32,000 nt of DNA from Candidatus Saccharimonas aalborgensis (GCF_000392435.1 NC_021219.1:180001-212000); one strand, 5' to 3'. Counted from the stretch's first letter, positions 7,694 to 17,679 are shown. Notes: generated by a model from the sequence alone, not told the origin. Made by a program: numbers and translations.

Positions 7694-8716
7694 ATGGCAT
7701 ACGAAGTGAAAACGGTTGAATCAAAAGAGCAATGGGATTCGTTCGTCACATCACACCCCGAGGCCAACTTCCTGCAATCATGGCAGTGGGGAGAGTTTCA
7801 TACATCGCGTAGCAAAACGATCGTCCGTCGCGGTATCTACGATGACAACAAGCTTGTCGCCGTCTACACCGGACATGTCGAGCCAGCGCGTCGTGGGATT
7901 CATTTGGAAATTGCAGGTGGCCCTATCGTAGACTGGCAAAATCAGTCTCTCGTAGAGAAAGTATTTGCAGACATTGCAGATATGGCAAAAAGACTTGGCT
8001 GTGTCTATGTGCGAATCCGGCCTCAACTCCTCGATAGTCCAACCGCTCGGCATCAATTTGGCAATCTTGGTCTCAAAAAAGCGCCAATGTATCTGAGTGT
8101 GGAGCTAGCAGGTGTGATCGACCTCACAAAAACCGACCAGGAAATACTGCAGGGGATGCGCCAGCGTCTCCGACGGGCCCTCCGAAAAGCAGAAAAGAAT
8201 ACTATCACCGTCGAAAAAAGTACTGATCCTGCGGCGATAAAAGAGTTCTATAAGATTCAGCTTCAAACTGCAGGACGACATCAATTTGTAGCATTCTCGG
8301 AAGACTTCCTCACCAAGCAATTTGCAGCATTTGCAAAAGATAATTCGGCAGTCCTCTATACCGCAAAGTACCAGGGAGAGATACTTGCTCAAAACTTTAT
8401 GATATTTTATGGCAATGAAGCCTCCTACCATTATGGGGTTAGCACCGAACTCGGCACGACACTCTCTGGTGCACCACTGCTACATCTCCAGGCAATGCGC
8501 GATGCTCGCGAGCGAGGTATAACTCGTTATAACTTCTGGGGTATTGTTGACGAGACCGATACTAACCATCGATTTTACGGTGTGAGTGTCTTTAAACGCG
8601 GCTTTGGAGTTGAAGAGCTACGATACCTACCAGCCCATGATCTGATCATCAACCGCACCGCTTACCTAAAGACAAAGCTTATCGAGACGACCCGTCGAAA
8701 GATCCGACGTGTCTAA
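7694..8716 (+). CDS. FemAB-family peptidoglycan interpeptide bridge aminoacyltransferase (copy 2)
   Basis: Clear paralog of the preceding ORF: 'FLQSWQWGEFHTSRS', 'HLEIAGGPIVDW', 'MRQRLRRALRKAEK', 'NFWGIVDE...FKRGFGV'; directly adjacent. Confidence 0.92.
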   Translation: MAYEVKTVESKEQWDSFVTSHPEANFLQSWQWGEFHTSRSKTIVRRGIYDDNKLVAVYTGHVEPARRGIHLEIAGGPIVDWQNQSLVEKVFADIADMAKRLGCVYVRIRPQLLDSPTARHQFGNLGLKKAPMYLSVELAGVIDLTKTDQEILQGMRQRLRRALRKAEKNTITVEKSTDPAAIKEFYKIQLQTAGRHQFVAFSEDFLTKQFAAFAKDNSAVLYTAKYQGEILAQNFMIFYGNEASYHYGVSTELGTTLSGAPLLHLQAMRDARERGITRYNFWGIVDETDTNHRFYGVSVFKRGFGVEELRYLPAHDLIINRTAYLKTKLIETTRRKIRRV

Positions 8717-8753
8717 ACGCTGCTACTTACTGCTCATGCTATAATGATCTCTA

Positions 8754-9890
8754 GTGAAACATATCTATGAGATACCGGTGGCACCCTGGCTCGCTACATT
8801 GAGTACAAAAATTGGTATGCCGATCACGCTCGCAACTATTCCAGAGGATGTTGTCGAGCAGATAGTCTCTTATCACATGGATACGGTATGGCTGATGGGG
8901 GTATGGCAACGCAGTGAAGTAGCGGCCGAGATTAGTCGAGCTGATGAGCAACTCTGGCACGAGGTTGTCGGAATCCTCCCCGACGCCACCAAAGACGATA
9001 TCATAGGATCGGCCTATGCAGTAAAAGCCTATCGTGTTGACCAACGATTCGGCGGCGAAGATGGTTTGGCGATTTTTCGAGAGCAGTTGCGTGCCCGCGG
9101 TGTCAAGCTTCTGCTCGATTTTGTCCCCAATCACACGTCATTTGATGCACCATGGCTAAAGACAGACCCCGAGTATTACATTGCCGCTCGCCGAGATGAT
9201 GCCAACGAACACCCTGAGCGCTACTACCAAACGGAGCAAGTCTGTATTGCCAAAGGTGCCGACCCAAACCTGCCACCATGGCCTGACGTCGCTCAGGTAA
9301 ACGCCTTTTCGTCAGCATACCGCCTTGAGAGCAGTCTGACTCTGCAATATATCGCCAGTCTCTGTGATGGTGTACGCTGTGATATGGCGATGCTTCTCCT
9401 GAACGACGTCGTCGAACATACTTGGGCCGAAAAAGCGGGTCAACGACCCACTGAAGAATACTGGTCAGAGGTTATTGGCTCGGTAAAGGCGCTTTATCCA
9501 TCATTTATTTTTATTGCTGAGTGCTACTGGGACACGGAACGCACTCTCCTAGAGCTGGGCTTTGATTACTGTTATGACAAACGTCTTTACGATGCTATGG
9601 TTGCTCGCGATGAGAGCGCTATCGATAATCGTCTCAGTGTACTGTCGGATGTCGCACCCCATCTGGTGTACTTCCTCGAGAATCATGATGAAGCGCGAGC
9701 AGCGACCGTCTTTAGTCCAGATGAGCAGACGCGGTATGCCCGAAAAATTATTACATCGCCAGGAGTTTGCTTATGGTATGATGGCCAATTTGTCGGCAAT
9801 CAGGCGAAGCTTCCTACCCATATTGGACGTGCACCGATCGAAAAGCCAAACGACGAAATTTGCGATATTTACAGAGAGTTACTCGTCTAA
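8754..9890 (+). CDS. Short GH13 alpha-amylase-family protein
   Basis: 'LLLDFVPNHTSFDAP', 'GVRCDMAMLLLNDV', 'FIAECYWDTE', 'FLENHDEARA' match GH13 conserved regions; GTG start at 8754. Confidence 0.88.
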   Translation: MKHIYEIPVAPWLATLSTKIGMPITLATIPEDVVEQIVSYHMDTVWLMGVWQRSEVAAEISRADEQLWHEVVGILPDATKDDIIGSAYAVKAYRVDQRFGGEDGLAIFREQLRARGVKLLLDFVPNHTSFDAPWLKTDPEYYIAARRDDANEHPERYYQTEQVCIAKGADPNLPPWPDVAQVNAFSSAYRLESSLTLQYIASLCDGVRCDMAMLLLNDVVEHTWAEKAGQRPTEEYWSEVIGSVKALYPSFIFIAECYWDTERTLLELGFDYCYDKRLYDAMVARDESAIDNRLSVLSDVAPHLVYFLENHDEARAATVFSPDEQTRYARKIITSPGVCLWYDGQFVGNQAKLPTHIGRAPIEKPNDEICDIYRELLV

Positions 9891-11537
9891 ATCTTTTTTC
9901 AGCGGGTGCTCACTACACTCGACAATGACACCCTCGAACGGGCGCAACATGATTGTGCCGTCTTCGGCAATTTCCGGATAATCAACCGGATGCGTACAAC
10001 ACAGAATACGTCCTTTATGTGGAAGTTTCACCGTATTATCAAGTCGTCCGAAATTGAGAGCAACGTAGATATGCTGATCACCCAACCAGCGAGCATACGA
10101 GAATACATCGGCCTCAAGCTCGCCAATCGCCTCATAGGTACCAGTCCGCAAAATCTCATAACGGCTTCTCATGCGCAGGAGTCGACGATATAGTGACAAA
10201 AAAGAGTCGGCTTCGTGTTGTTGTGTTTCAACATTGTGATGTCGTACAGACTCCCCTAATGGTAACCAGGGTTTTGCCTTACTAAATCCTGCATATTGAC
10301 CCGTCTGCCACTGCATTGGTGTCCGCTCTGGATCACGCGTCGAATCGATATCTCCTGATGTAAACGCTCGTAGGTCTTGGATATCCTCCTGTTTAACTGG
10401 GGTATTGGGCATACCCAATTCGTCACCATAGTACACCGTCGGCAAACCGGGTAGTGACAGAAGGAGGAGTGCCATCAAACGGGCCTGCTCATCACCGCCC
10501 ATTCTTGAGACTAACCGTGATTGGTCGTGATTACCAAAGCAGTACACGGGTGTATGCTCATCGGGATCAAGCATTCCCTGAAACTCAGTGATAAATGTGC
10601 GGAACGCATCGGCATAAAAGTCGGTCCACACGCCCTCGAAGTTAAATGGCATCGCTACTTTAGGATTGACACCATAAAAGCCAAGGTATTGCTCTTTTGT
10701 GCTGTAATTGGCGTCAGGATAGTCTTCGAATATCATGATACGATTATCGTATTCGGCAACAACATCAGTAAGCTCACGAAGATAGGGGAAAAGATTTTTC
10801 CAGAAACGACTATATTTATGAATGTAGTGGTTGTACTCACCCTCTGTCCCGTCCATCGCCTTTCTGACAATTTCTGTCAAAGGATCGTTTCGGAACTTCG
10901 GGTCTTTACTTAGCCAGCGTACCGCGTCCGCGCGAATACCATCGATACCGAGATCGAGCCAAAAGCGTACCACGCGTTTCATTTCATCGCGTACCATAGG
11001 GTTGTCCCAATTAAGATCGGGTTGCGCCGCCAGAAAGGTGTGGAGATAGTATTGGTTACGACCATCATCATACTCCCAGGCAGAGCCCCCAAAAATACTC
11101 AGCCAATTGTTTGGTGGACCACCTCCAGGAGCGGGATCTCGCCATGTGTAATACTCTGCGTAAGGTCCCTTTCTTGATTTACGTGATTCCTTAAACCATT
11201 CATGCTGGTCACTGGTGTGATTTGGCACAAAATCGATCATGACGTTTATATTTCGTGCATGCGCTTTCTCGATGAGCTCCTTAAAATCATCTAGCGTCCC
11301 AAATAGTGGATCAATATCACAGTAGTCGCTCACGTCATAGCCCATATCTGCCATCGGTGAAGGAAATATCGGTGAAAACCATATTGCATCAATATCCAGC
11401 GAATCTTTTTGGCCTTTTATGTAGTCCAGACGGTCGATAACACCCCGAATGTCACCTACACCGTCGTTATTCGCATCCATGAAACTACGTGGGTATATCT
11501 GATATATTGCGTTCACATCTCGCCAAGAAAGACTCAT
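9879..11537 (-). CDS. GH13 alpha-glucosidase / oligo-1,6-glucosidase-like
   Basis: 'YQIYPRSFMDANNDGVGDIRGVIDRLDYI', 'MIDFVPNHTSDQHEWF', 'GIDGIRADAVRWL', 'CFGNHDQSRLVSR', 'GLPTVYYGDELGM'. Confidence 0.95.
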   Translation of the reverse strand: MSLSWRDVNAIYQIYPRSFMDANNDGVGDIRGVIDRLDYIKGQKDSLDIDAIWFSPIFPSPMADMGYDVSDYCDIDPLFGTLDDFKELIEKAHARNINVMIDFVPNHTSDQHEWFKESRKSRKGPYAEYYTWRDPAPGGGPPNNWLSIFGGSAWEYDDGRNQYYLHTFLAAQPDLNWDNPMVRDEMKRVVRFWLDLGIDGIRADAVRWLSKDPKFRNDPLTEIVRKAMDGTEGEYNHYIHKYSRFWKNLFPYLRELTDVVAEYDNRIMIFEDYPDANYSTKEQYLGFYGVNPKVAMPFNFEGVWTDFYADAFRTFITEFQGMLDPDEHTPVYCFGNHDQSRLVSRMGGDEQARLMALLLLSLPGLPTVYYGDELGMPNTPVKQEDIQDLRAFTSGDIDSTRDPERTPMQWQTGQYAGFSKAKPWLPLGESVRHHNVETQQHEADSFLSLYRRLLRMRSRYEILRTGTYEAIGELEADVFSYARWLGDQHIYVALNFGRLDNTVKLPHKGRILCCTHPVDYPEIAEDGTIMLRPFEGVIVECSEHPLKKDLDE

Positions 11538-13144
11538 TGCTTTTCTCCTTCATCATCCAACGCTGCATAGACGCCGTTTGTCCAGCCAAAGCCATCCTGA
11601 ACCTCATACTCTCCGCCACCACCCAGTTCTCCGGGATGAACGACGTTGTATTTTTCAATCATTTTTTGATACTTTGCATACACTAAGTCGTTTGCGAGTA
11701 GCCAACGGCGTCGAATTTCATTGGCAAGTTCATGATACCCATATTCCCTCAGGCCGTGGATTGCCACCCACTGAAGAGGCGCCCAGCCATTTGGTGCATC
11801 CCACTGCTGTCCGCTTGTAACAAGGGTTGTTACAAGTCCACCGGGCTTCAGAAAGTCGGTTTCAATTCGCTTCGCTAAAAAGGCTGCTTGCTCCTTCGTA
11901 GCAATTTTTGTATAGAGAGGAAACAATCCTGCCAAGGTTACTCGTCCGCTTGAATTATATGTCGACGTGTCATAATCACAAAAAAACCGTTCCGATTCAT
12001 CCCAGCAATATCGCCGAATAGTCTCTGCTCGCCGCTCAGCAGCTTTTCGAAACGACGTAGCCAGGAGGGGCTGCTTGATAAGTGTGTAGGCTTCTGCGAT
12101 GGTGGATTCAAGCGTATAAAGCATACTGTTGAGGTCAATTGCCGCCATGTTTGTGGTCTGAATTGATTGAATTTCATCCGCCACGCGAAACCAGCGTGAG
12201 CTAAAATCCCAACCACTCTCAGCGCCTGCCCGTAAGTTAAGATAGAGCTGTTCTTTAGCGTTCTCGTCACTGATATTCTGAGCTGTTTGTCGGTCCTCAC
12301 GGCTCATCTCGGGACGTGGTGTGTGCCTATCATCAAAGTATCGCCCAAGCAGCGCACCGTTTGGCATCCGTACTAATCGATTGTGGAGCGTTGGGGTGCT
12401 CTGCTTCATCGCCTCCCGTCGTCCGTGCGTCCAAAAACGGTATTCGATAAGCAAATATGGAAGGAACTCAGCGTATGTCCGCGTGCGCCCCCTACGCTTC
12501 GCTAGCAATATTATCATTTGAGCAAAAAACGGCGGCTGGGAGCGACTAAGGAAATAGCTGCGGCTAGCATTGGGGATCCTCCCATACTTTCGTAGCATAT
12601 AGGCATGGTTTCGTACCATACCAAGAAGTATGTCCCACTTATCGTCAGCAGCAAGACCGAGCATGATAAAGTAACTATCCCAATAAAACTGTTCGTCAAA
12701 CCTTCCCCCCGGCACGACATACGTATAGGGGAGTGCGAGTAACGAACCGTGTTGTTTTCTATTGGTACGTTCTAGGTAGGGCCATAGTTGCCGTATATGT
12801 TCACGCGCAGTCGCCGCAGTAGCAGGCAAACTCCCTGACTTCTTGTTTAGGATAGGCTGTGCCTCAAAGTTAGTATCTACGAAGTCCTTGAGGGAAAAAC
12901 CAGCCTGTTGCCGCTGCACTTCATATTGTTTTTTTATTTTTTTGCCCTTTGGAACCATATCAACAAATCGTTTTCCATCGCCCAAAACTTGAGTAACTTG
13001 AACATCTTTAAGAAGATCACCATAGCTATCCTCGGGACTCTGAGGCGTTCGGCCCAGGGTACCCGCCACTGCAACATATGTCGATTTCACTTTTTCGACA
13101 TGACGGCGAGATGTTTGTTTTTTTCGCAAAATGCGCCTAAACAT
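11534..13144 (-). CDS. GH37-family trehalase
   Basis: 'PGGRFDEQFYWDSYFIMLGL' and 'QQWDAPNGWAPLQW' trehalase signatures, 'GGGGEYEVQDGFGWTNGV'; 4-bp overlap with the GH13 gene. Confidence 0.93.
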   Translation of the reverse strand: MFRRILRKKQTSRRHVEKVKSTYVAVAGTLGRTPQSPEDSYGDLLKDVQVTQVLGDGKRFVDMVPKGKKIKKQYEVQRQQAGFSLKDFVDTNFEAQPILNKKSGSLPATAATAREHIRQLWPYLERTNRKQHGSLLALPYTYVVPGGRFDEQFYWDSYFIMLGLAADDKWDILLGMVRNHAYMLRKYGRIPNASRSYFLSRSQPPFFAQMIILLAKRRGRTRTYAEFLPYLLIEYRFWTHGRREAMKQSTPTLHNRLVRMPNGALLGRYFDDRHTPRPEMSREDRQTAQNISDENAKEQLYLNLRAGAESGWDFSSRWFRVADEIQSIQTTNMAAIDLNSMLYTLESTIAEAYTLIKQPLLATSFRKAAERRAETIRRYCWDESERFFCDYDTSTYNSSGRVTLAGLFPLYTKIATKEQAAFLAKRIETDFLKPGGLVTTLVTSGQQWDAPNGWAPLQWVAIHGLREYGYHELANEIRRRWLLANDLVYAKYQKMIEKYNVVHPGELGGGGEYEVQDGFGWTNGVYAALDDEGEKQ

Positions 13145-13152
13145 ATCTTACT

Positions 13153-13182
13153 ATTATAGAGGTTACGGCTAGATTCTGGCAA
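13153..13182 (-). promoter_or_regulatory. Promoter of the trehalase/GH13 operon, near-leaderless
   Basis: Minus strand TTGCCA-N18-TATAAT, then 8 nt to ATG. Confidence 0.6.
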
Positions 13183-13371
13183 GGTATTTATGAAATGCAA
13201 TGTTATCAACATAAATGCTTGTGTTTTTTGCTACCTCACTGTATATTAGCGACATACACGGTGGTAAACAAAAAAAGGGGATGTCATGAAGACAAAAAAG
13301 AAAATCTACGTTCAATACATTGGCTAGGGCCGTCTTGTCTTAGTAATATGGCCTACGCTATGAAGGAGCTA

Positions 13372-15189
13372 CTATTTGTTAGCTCTTTTTCGTTCGTTTG
13401 GATCGAGTAATTTTTTGCGTAGCCGGAGGGATTTAGGAGTCACTTCGAGAAGCTCATCATTTTCGATAAAGTCGATACACTGTTCGAGACTCAATTCAGT
13501 AAAAGGCGTCAGTTGTACTGTGCCATCACTCGATTTACTGCGCATGTTTGTAAGATGCTTTGCCTTACAAACATTTATCTCTAGGTCTTCTTGGCGAGTA
13601 TAGAGGCCGACAATTTGTCCAGCATACACTTCGACGGCCGGTCCCAGAAATAACTCGCCGCGAGACTCTGCGTTCTCTAGCGCGTAAGGTGTCGTCGTGC
13701 CTGTCTCAAAGGCGATCAAAACTCCCGATCTTGTTTGTGGCAACTTTCCGCCAAGCGGTTGATAACCATGAGGTAAGGAATTCATGACCACCGTCCCCTT
13801 GGTATCAGTAAGCAAAAGATTTCGTAGCCCGATCATAGCCCGTGTCGGCAAATGATACGTAAGTCTCGTCGTACCACTACTGGTCTGTTCCTGCTTGCTC
13901 AGTGCTGCTCGACGCGTACCTAGTTCTTGACTAACTACCCCGACAAATTCAGCGCCGACCTCAATCTGCAATTCTTCAATTGGCTCCTTCTCGACTCCAT
14001 CTTCGGTGATTGTAACAACTTGGGGCCGCCCAACTTCAAACTCGTAGCCCTCACGCCGCATCGTCTCGATAAGCACAGACAGATGTAGCTCACCTCGCCC
14101 AGAAACGGTAAACCCAATTCCCTGCTCCTCAACACGCAGTGCAACATTCGTCTCTAGCTCTTTTTGTAGGCGATCGCCAATCTGACGACTGGTCGTGAAC
14201 TCACCTTCCCTTCCCTTAAAGGGGCTGGTATTGGGACCCAGAAACATACTCAATGTCGGCGCTTCTATCGAGATGGTTGGCAACGCCTCAGGCTCATCCT
14301 TGTCAGCAATCGTATCGCCGATATGTGCACCAGACGCGCCAGTTACAGCAACAATATCGCCCGCGACCGCTTCGTCGATCTCTTCACGCAGCAGCCCACG
14401 GTAGCTAAAGAGCACGTCAATCCGTGCCGGAGAAGCAACGTCATTTTTGATAATAACGACGCTTTGCCCCTTTCGTGCCTTACCGCGTGAGATTTTCCCG
14501 ATAGCATATTTCCCTAAGAAGGAATCGTATTGAAGCGCAGTGACGAGGAGTTGCAGCCCACCATCTTCACTCACGCGTGGTGCAGGAATATCATTTATAA
14601 TTGCTTGAAATATTGGCTCTAAGTCAGCATGCTCACTAGGATTCTCCGGTACTCCTACCCAGGCCTTTCCTTCTCTCCCGATTGCATAATACACAGGATA
14701 GTGAAGCTGAGAGTCATCTGTTGCTAATTCCAAAAAGAGATTAGCAAGTTCATCTTCTACTTCGGCAATACGTCGTGCCGGCTTATCAATTTTATTTATA
14801 ACAACAACAGGCTTGAGTCCCAACTCTAGTGCTTTGCTGAGCACAAATTTCGTCTGCGGCATGGGGCCTTCCTGCGAATCAACAATCAGTAGTACACCGT
14901 CGGCCATATTGAGGGTGCGCTCAACTTCACCGCTGAAATCGGCGTGACCAGGTGTATCGATAATGTTGATTTTGTACTCACCGTGATAAATTGACGTCTG
15001 TTTCGCCGTGATAGTGATACCGCGCTCATGTTCCTGATCGCCGCTGTCCATGATGAGTGTTTGGCTCATTTCTGCTTGATTATCACGAAATGTATTGCTC
15101 TGCTTGAGCAGGCCGTCAACAAGTGTTGTCTTACCATGGTCCACGTGGGCAATGATAGCAACGTTTCGAATCAATGAGGCATTTTTCAT
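13372..15189 (-). CDS. typA: GTP-binding protein TypA/BipA
   Basis: 'IRNVAIIAHVDHGKTTLVDGLLKQS', 'ERGITITAKQTSI', 'IIDTPGHADFSGEVERTL', 'NKIDKPARR'; full-length 605 aa. Confidence 0.98.
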   Translation of the reverse strand: MKNASLIRNVAIIAHVDHGKTTLVDGLLKQSNTFRDNQAEMSQTLIMDSGDQEHERGITITAKQTSIYHGEYKINIIDTPGHADFSGEVERTLNMADGVLLIVDSQEGPMPQTKFVLSKALELGLKPVVVINKIDKPARRIAEVEDELANLFLELATDDSQLHYPVYYAIGREGKAWVGVPENPSEHADLEPIFQAIINDIPAPRVSEDGGLQLLVTALQYDSFLGKYAIGKISRGKARKGQSVVIIKNDVASPARIDVLFSYRGLLREEIDEAVAGDIVAVTGASGAHIGDTIADKDEPEALPTISIEAPTLSMFLGPNTSPFKGREGEFTTSRQIGDRLQKELETNVALRVEEQGIGFTVSGRGELHLSVLIETMRREGYEFEVGRPQVVTITEDGVEKEPIEELQIEVGAEFVGVVSQELGTRRAALSKQEQTSSGTTRLTYHLPTRAMIGLRNLLLTDTKGTVVMNSLPHGYQPLGGKLPQTRSGVLIAFETGTTTPYALENAESRGELFLGPAVEVYAGQIVGLYTRQEDLEINVCKAKHLTNMRSKSSDGTVQLTPFTELSLEQCIDFIENDELLEVTPKSLRLRKKLLDPNERKRANK

Positions 15190-15256
15190 AAAAATATGGT
15201 CTGACTTCAGACCTTCCTAGTGTCCATCATAGCATAAATACGGTATCATAGAAAGC

Positions 15257-17590
15257 ATGAACTCGAGTGAACTGATCGGAATCTTACGACGAAACATCCT
15301 CACGCCCGTAGTGCTTTCTATCTACGTACTAGCAGGTATTCTACTATTTCTCCACGAATACCGTGACGCGTGGTTTATGTCCTTTGTTATTACCCTCAAT
15401 ACGATTTTTGCTATTGTCCAGGAAATCAGAGCACGCCGAGCTCTGCATAAGCTTGAGCTAATGAACGCCCCCTTTGCTCGCATACCGCAACCAGACGGCA
15501 CGCTCAAGCAGGTTCCCTACACCGATCTAACTGTTGGTACAACGATTGAGCTGCTGCCGGGTGATGAAGTGCCGGCAGATGGAGAGGTGATAGAATCTCG
15601 CGGGCTTGAAGTAAATGAGAGCATCCTCACCGGAGAATCACGTTCAATTGAAAAACCAATGAAATCCACCGTCTTAGCGTCGAGTTCTGTTGTCGCTGGT
15701 ACTGCACTCGTCAGGGTCAGTGCTGTTGGCGTCGATACAAAAGCAGGTGTAATGACTTCACAACTTAAACAATACCGGCCAGAGCTCACGCCATTGCAGC
15801 AAATACTTGCTCGGCTCATCCTCTGGCTTACCTTTGGAGCAATGGCTGTGATCCTATTTATATGGCTTGCCTATTGGCTTGCGGGCTATTCTACAACTGT
15901 TATATTTAAGACAATCACTAGCGCAGGAATTACGATTATTCCCGAAGGTCTCATCCTCGCAAGCACATTGCTGCTCGCATTTGGTTCGCTCAAACTTGCT
16001 CGCGCTAATGTTCTTCCCCAAAAACTGTCTGCTATCGAGGCTATGGCTCTTCTTAAGGTCCTTTGCGTTGACAAGACAGGCACTCTCACGAGTGATGCAA
16101 TCGAGTTTGATCGAGTTGAGGCTTTCGAAGATGAGACAGACGCTCTCCAAAAAAAGGTTGGCGTAGCAGCAAGTCTCATTGGCGGAGGGAACGCGACAAG
16201 CGATGCCATCACAACCGCTTTGGCTACGGCGGCTCATGCAACTGCGCTTGACACGCTCGCGTTTTCGTCGGAGCGCAAATTAAGCGCCGTTCGCTATCGT
16301 CTCGACGGCCAAACGCACACGATAATGCTTGGTGCACCGGAGTTTGTTGCTGCCTATGCACCGATCAGCCACACCCAGAAACAGCTCATTGAACGCTATG
16401 CATCTGAGGGACTGAGGGTACTCCTCGTTGCGTCATTCGACGACAAAAAAACTCCCCTAAAAACGTTGCCACAGAAAAGTGGTCTGCCACTAGGCCTTAT
16501 CATTTTACGCAATCAATTGCGTGAAGGCGTCAAAACCACTGTTTCCTTCCTGCAAAAGCGAGGTGTCAGTATCCGCGTCATTAGTGGTGATAATCCTGAT
16601 ACCGTGCGCTACATCGCCAGGAGCGCTGGAATTATTAACACTGACGCAACCATTACCGGTGCGGACTTAGAGAAGTTATCAAAAAAACAGTGGGACAAAA
16701 CCATTCTTAACACGACGATTTTTGCTCGTGTACTCCCTGAACAAAAAGAAGCACTCATCGACACATTTAAACGACATGGCCTCTATACAGGCATGGTGGG
16801 CGATGGAGTCAATGATGCTCTGGCATTAAAGAAAGCCGATCTCGGCGTTGCTATGTTTGCAGGAGCGGCCGCAAGCCGACGTGTCGCCGATATTATCCTT
16901 CTCAATAATTCATTCAACTCACTTCCTATCGGTATGCGACTAGGAAATCGTATTATGCAAGCAATCGAACTCGTTTCACTGCTGTTTTTTCACAAGATTC
17001 TCTATGGACTCGTCGTGCTATTTCTCACGATTGCTCTCTCGCTACAATATCCCTTTGCACCCCGACACAATACCTTTATGAATATTTTTATGGTCAGTTT
17101 GCCGACACTCATGTGGACATTTTTCCCTCCTCAACCGCTTCACCGCGTCAATCCAAAACGTTTCTGGCAAGATACTTTTTGGCCTATTCTACCAATTTCG
17201 CTCATCTCGGGTATTGCCGTTACGGCTGGATATGCCTACGCTATGGATATCCTCAAGCTTGATTATATGACGTCGGGAACCATCGCAGTCATCATGGCAA
17301 CCGCCATTGCTATTAGTCTCGTATTTCAGTCAAGTCGTATGCTCGGAGTCAAGATAACTCGTCGCACAGCCAGTGCACGATTATTTTACGTTGTTTGGGC
17401 ATCACTGGTGGTATTCCTAGCATTCGGCTTCCAGTTCTCGCGCAGCTTCTTTGACTTCAACCATCCCGCTTCTAACCGACTCCACGAACTCTGGCCCATA
17501 CTCTTAGTGCTCACTATCACGCTACTAGTGCATTACTTGTTTGCACGCCTTGCGGGTACCCGCATACGAAAAGACAATACGGCAATGTAA
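15257..17590 (+). CDS. Cation-translocating P-type ATPase
   Basis: 'NESILTGESRSIEKP', 'VDKTGTLTSDA', 'GDGVNDALALKKADLGVAM', multiple TMs; 777 aa. Confidence 0.95.
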   Translation: MNSSELIGILRRNILTPVVLSIYVLAGILLFLHEYRDAWFMSFVITLNTIFAIVQEIRARRALHKLELMNAPFARIPQPDGTLKQVPYTDLTVGTTIELLPGDEVPADGEVIESRGLEVNESILTGESRSIEKPMKSTVLASSSVVAGTALVRVSAVGVDTKAGVMTSQLKQYRPELTPLQQILARLILWLTFGAMAVILFIWLAYWLAGYSTTVIFKTITSAGITIIPEGLILASTLLLAFGSLKLARANVLPQKLSAIEAMALLKVLCVDKTGTLTSDAIEFDRVEAFEDETDALQKKVGVAASLIGGGNATSDAITTALATAAHATALDTLAFSSERKLSAVRYRLDGQTHTIMLGAPEFVAAYAPISHTQKQLIERYASEGLRVLLVASFDDKKTPLKTLPQKSGLPLGLIILRNQLREGVKTTVSFLQKRGVSIRVISGDNPDTVRYIARSAGIINTDATITGADLEKLSKKQWDKTILNTTIFARVLPEQKEALIDTFKRHGLYTGMVGDGVNDALALKKADLGVAMFAGAAASRRVADIILLNNSFNSLPIGMRLGNRIMQAIELVSLLFFHKILYGLVVLFLTIALSLQYPFAPRHNTFMNIFMVSLPTLMWTFFPPQPLHRVNPKRFWQDTFWPILPISLISGIAVTAGYAYAMDILKLDYMTSGTIAVIMATAIAISLVFQSSRMLGVKITRRTASARLFYVVWASLVVFLAFGFQFSRSFFDFNHPASNRLHELWPILLVLTITLLVHYLFARLAGTRIRKDNTAM

Positions 17591-17602
17591 TTTCATTCTC
17601 TC

Positions 17603-17679
17603 TGGTGGAGCATATCGGATTCGAACCGATCGCCTCTTCCATGCCATGGAAGCGCTCTAGCCAAATGAGCTAATGCCCC
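17603..17679 (-). tRNA. tRNA-Ala(GGC), CCA encoded
   Basis: Minus strand GGGGCAT...ATGCTCC acceptor with G3-U70 identity pair, anticodon loop ATGGCAT, T-loop TTCGAAT, ACCA. Confidence 0.95.

Noticed and set aside
13145-13371. ORF 13195..13410 and a tiny ORF MKTKKKIYVQYIG near 13286
   Set aside because: No RBS/promoter support or recognisable homology; overlaps the typA 3' end. Kept as ordinary intergenic sequence.
15257-17590. Specific ion assignment (Mg, Ca, K) for the P-type ATPase
   Set aside because: General P-type motifs are clear but specificity cannot be determined by eye.
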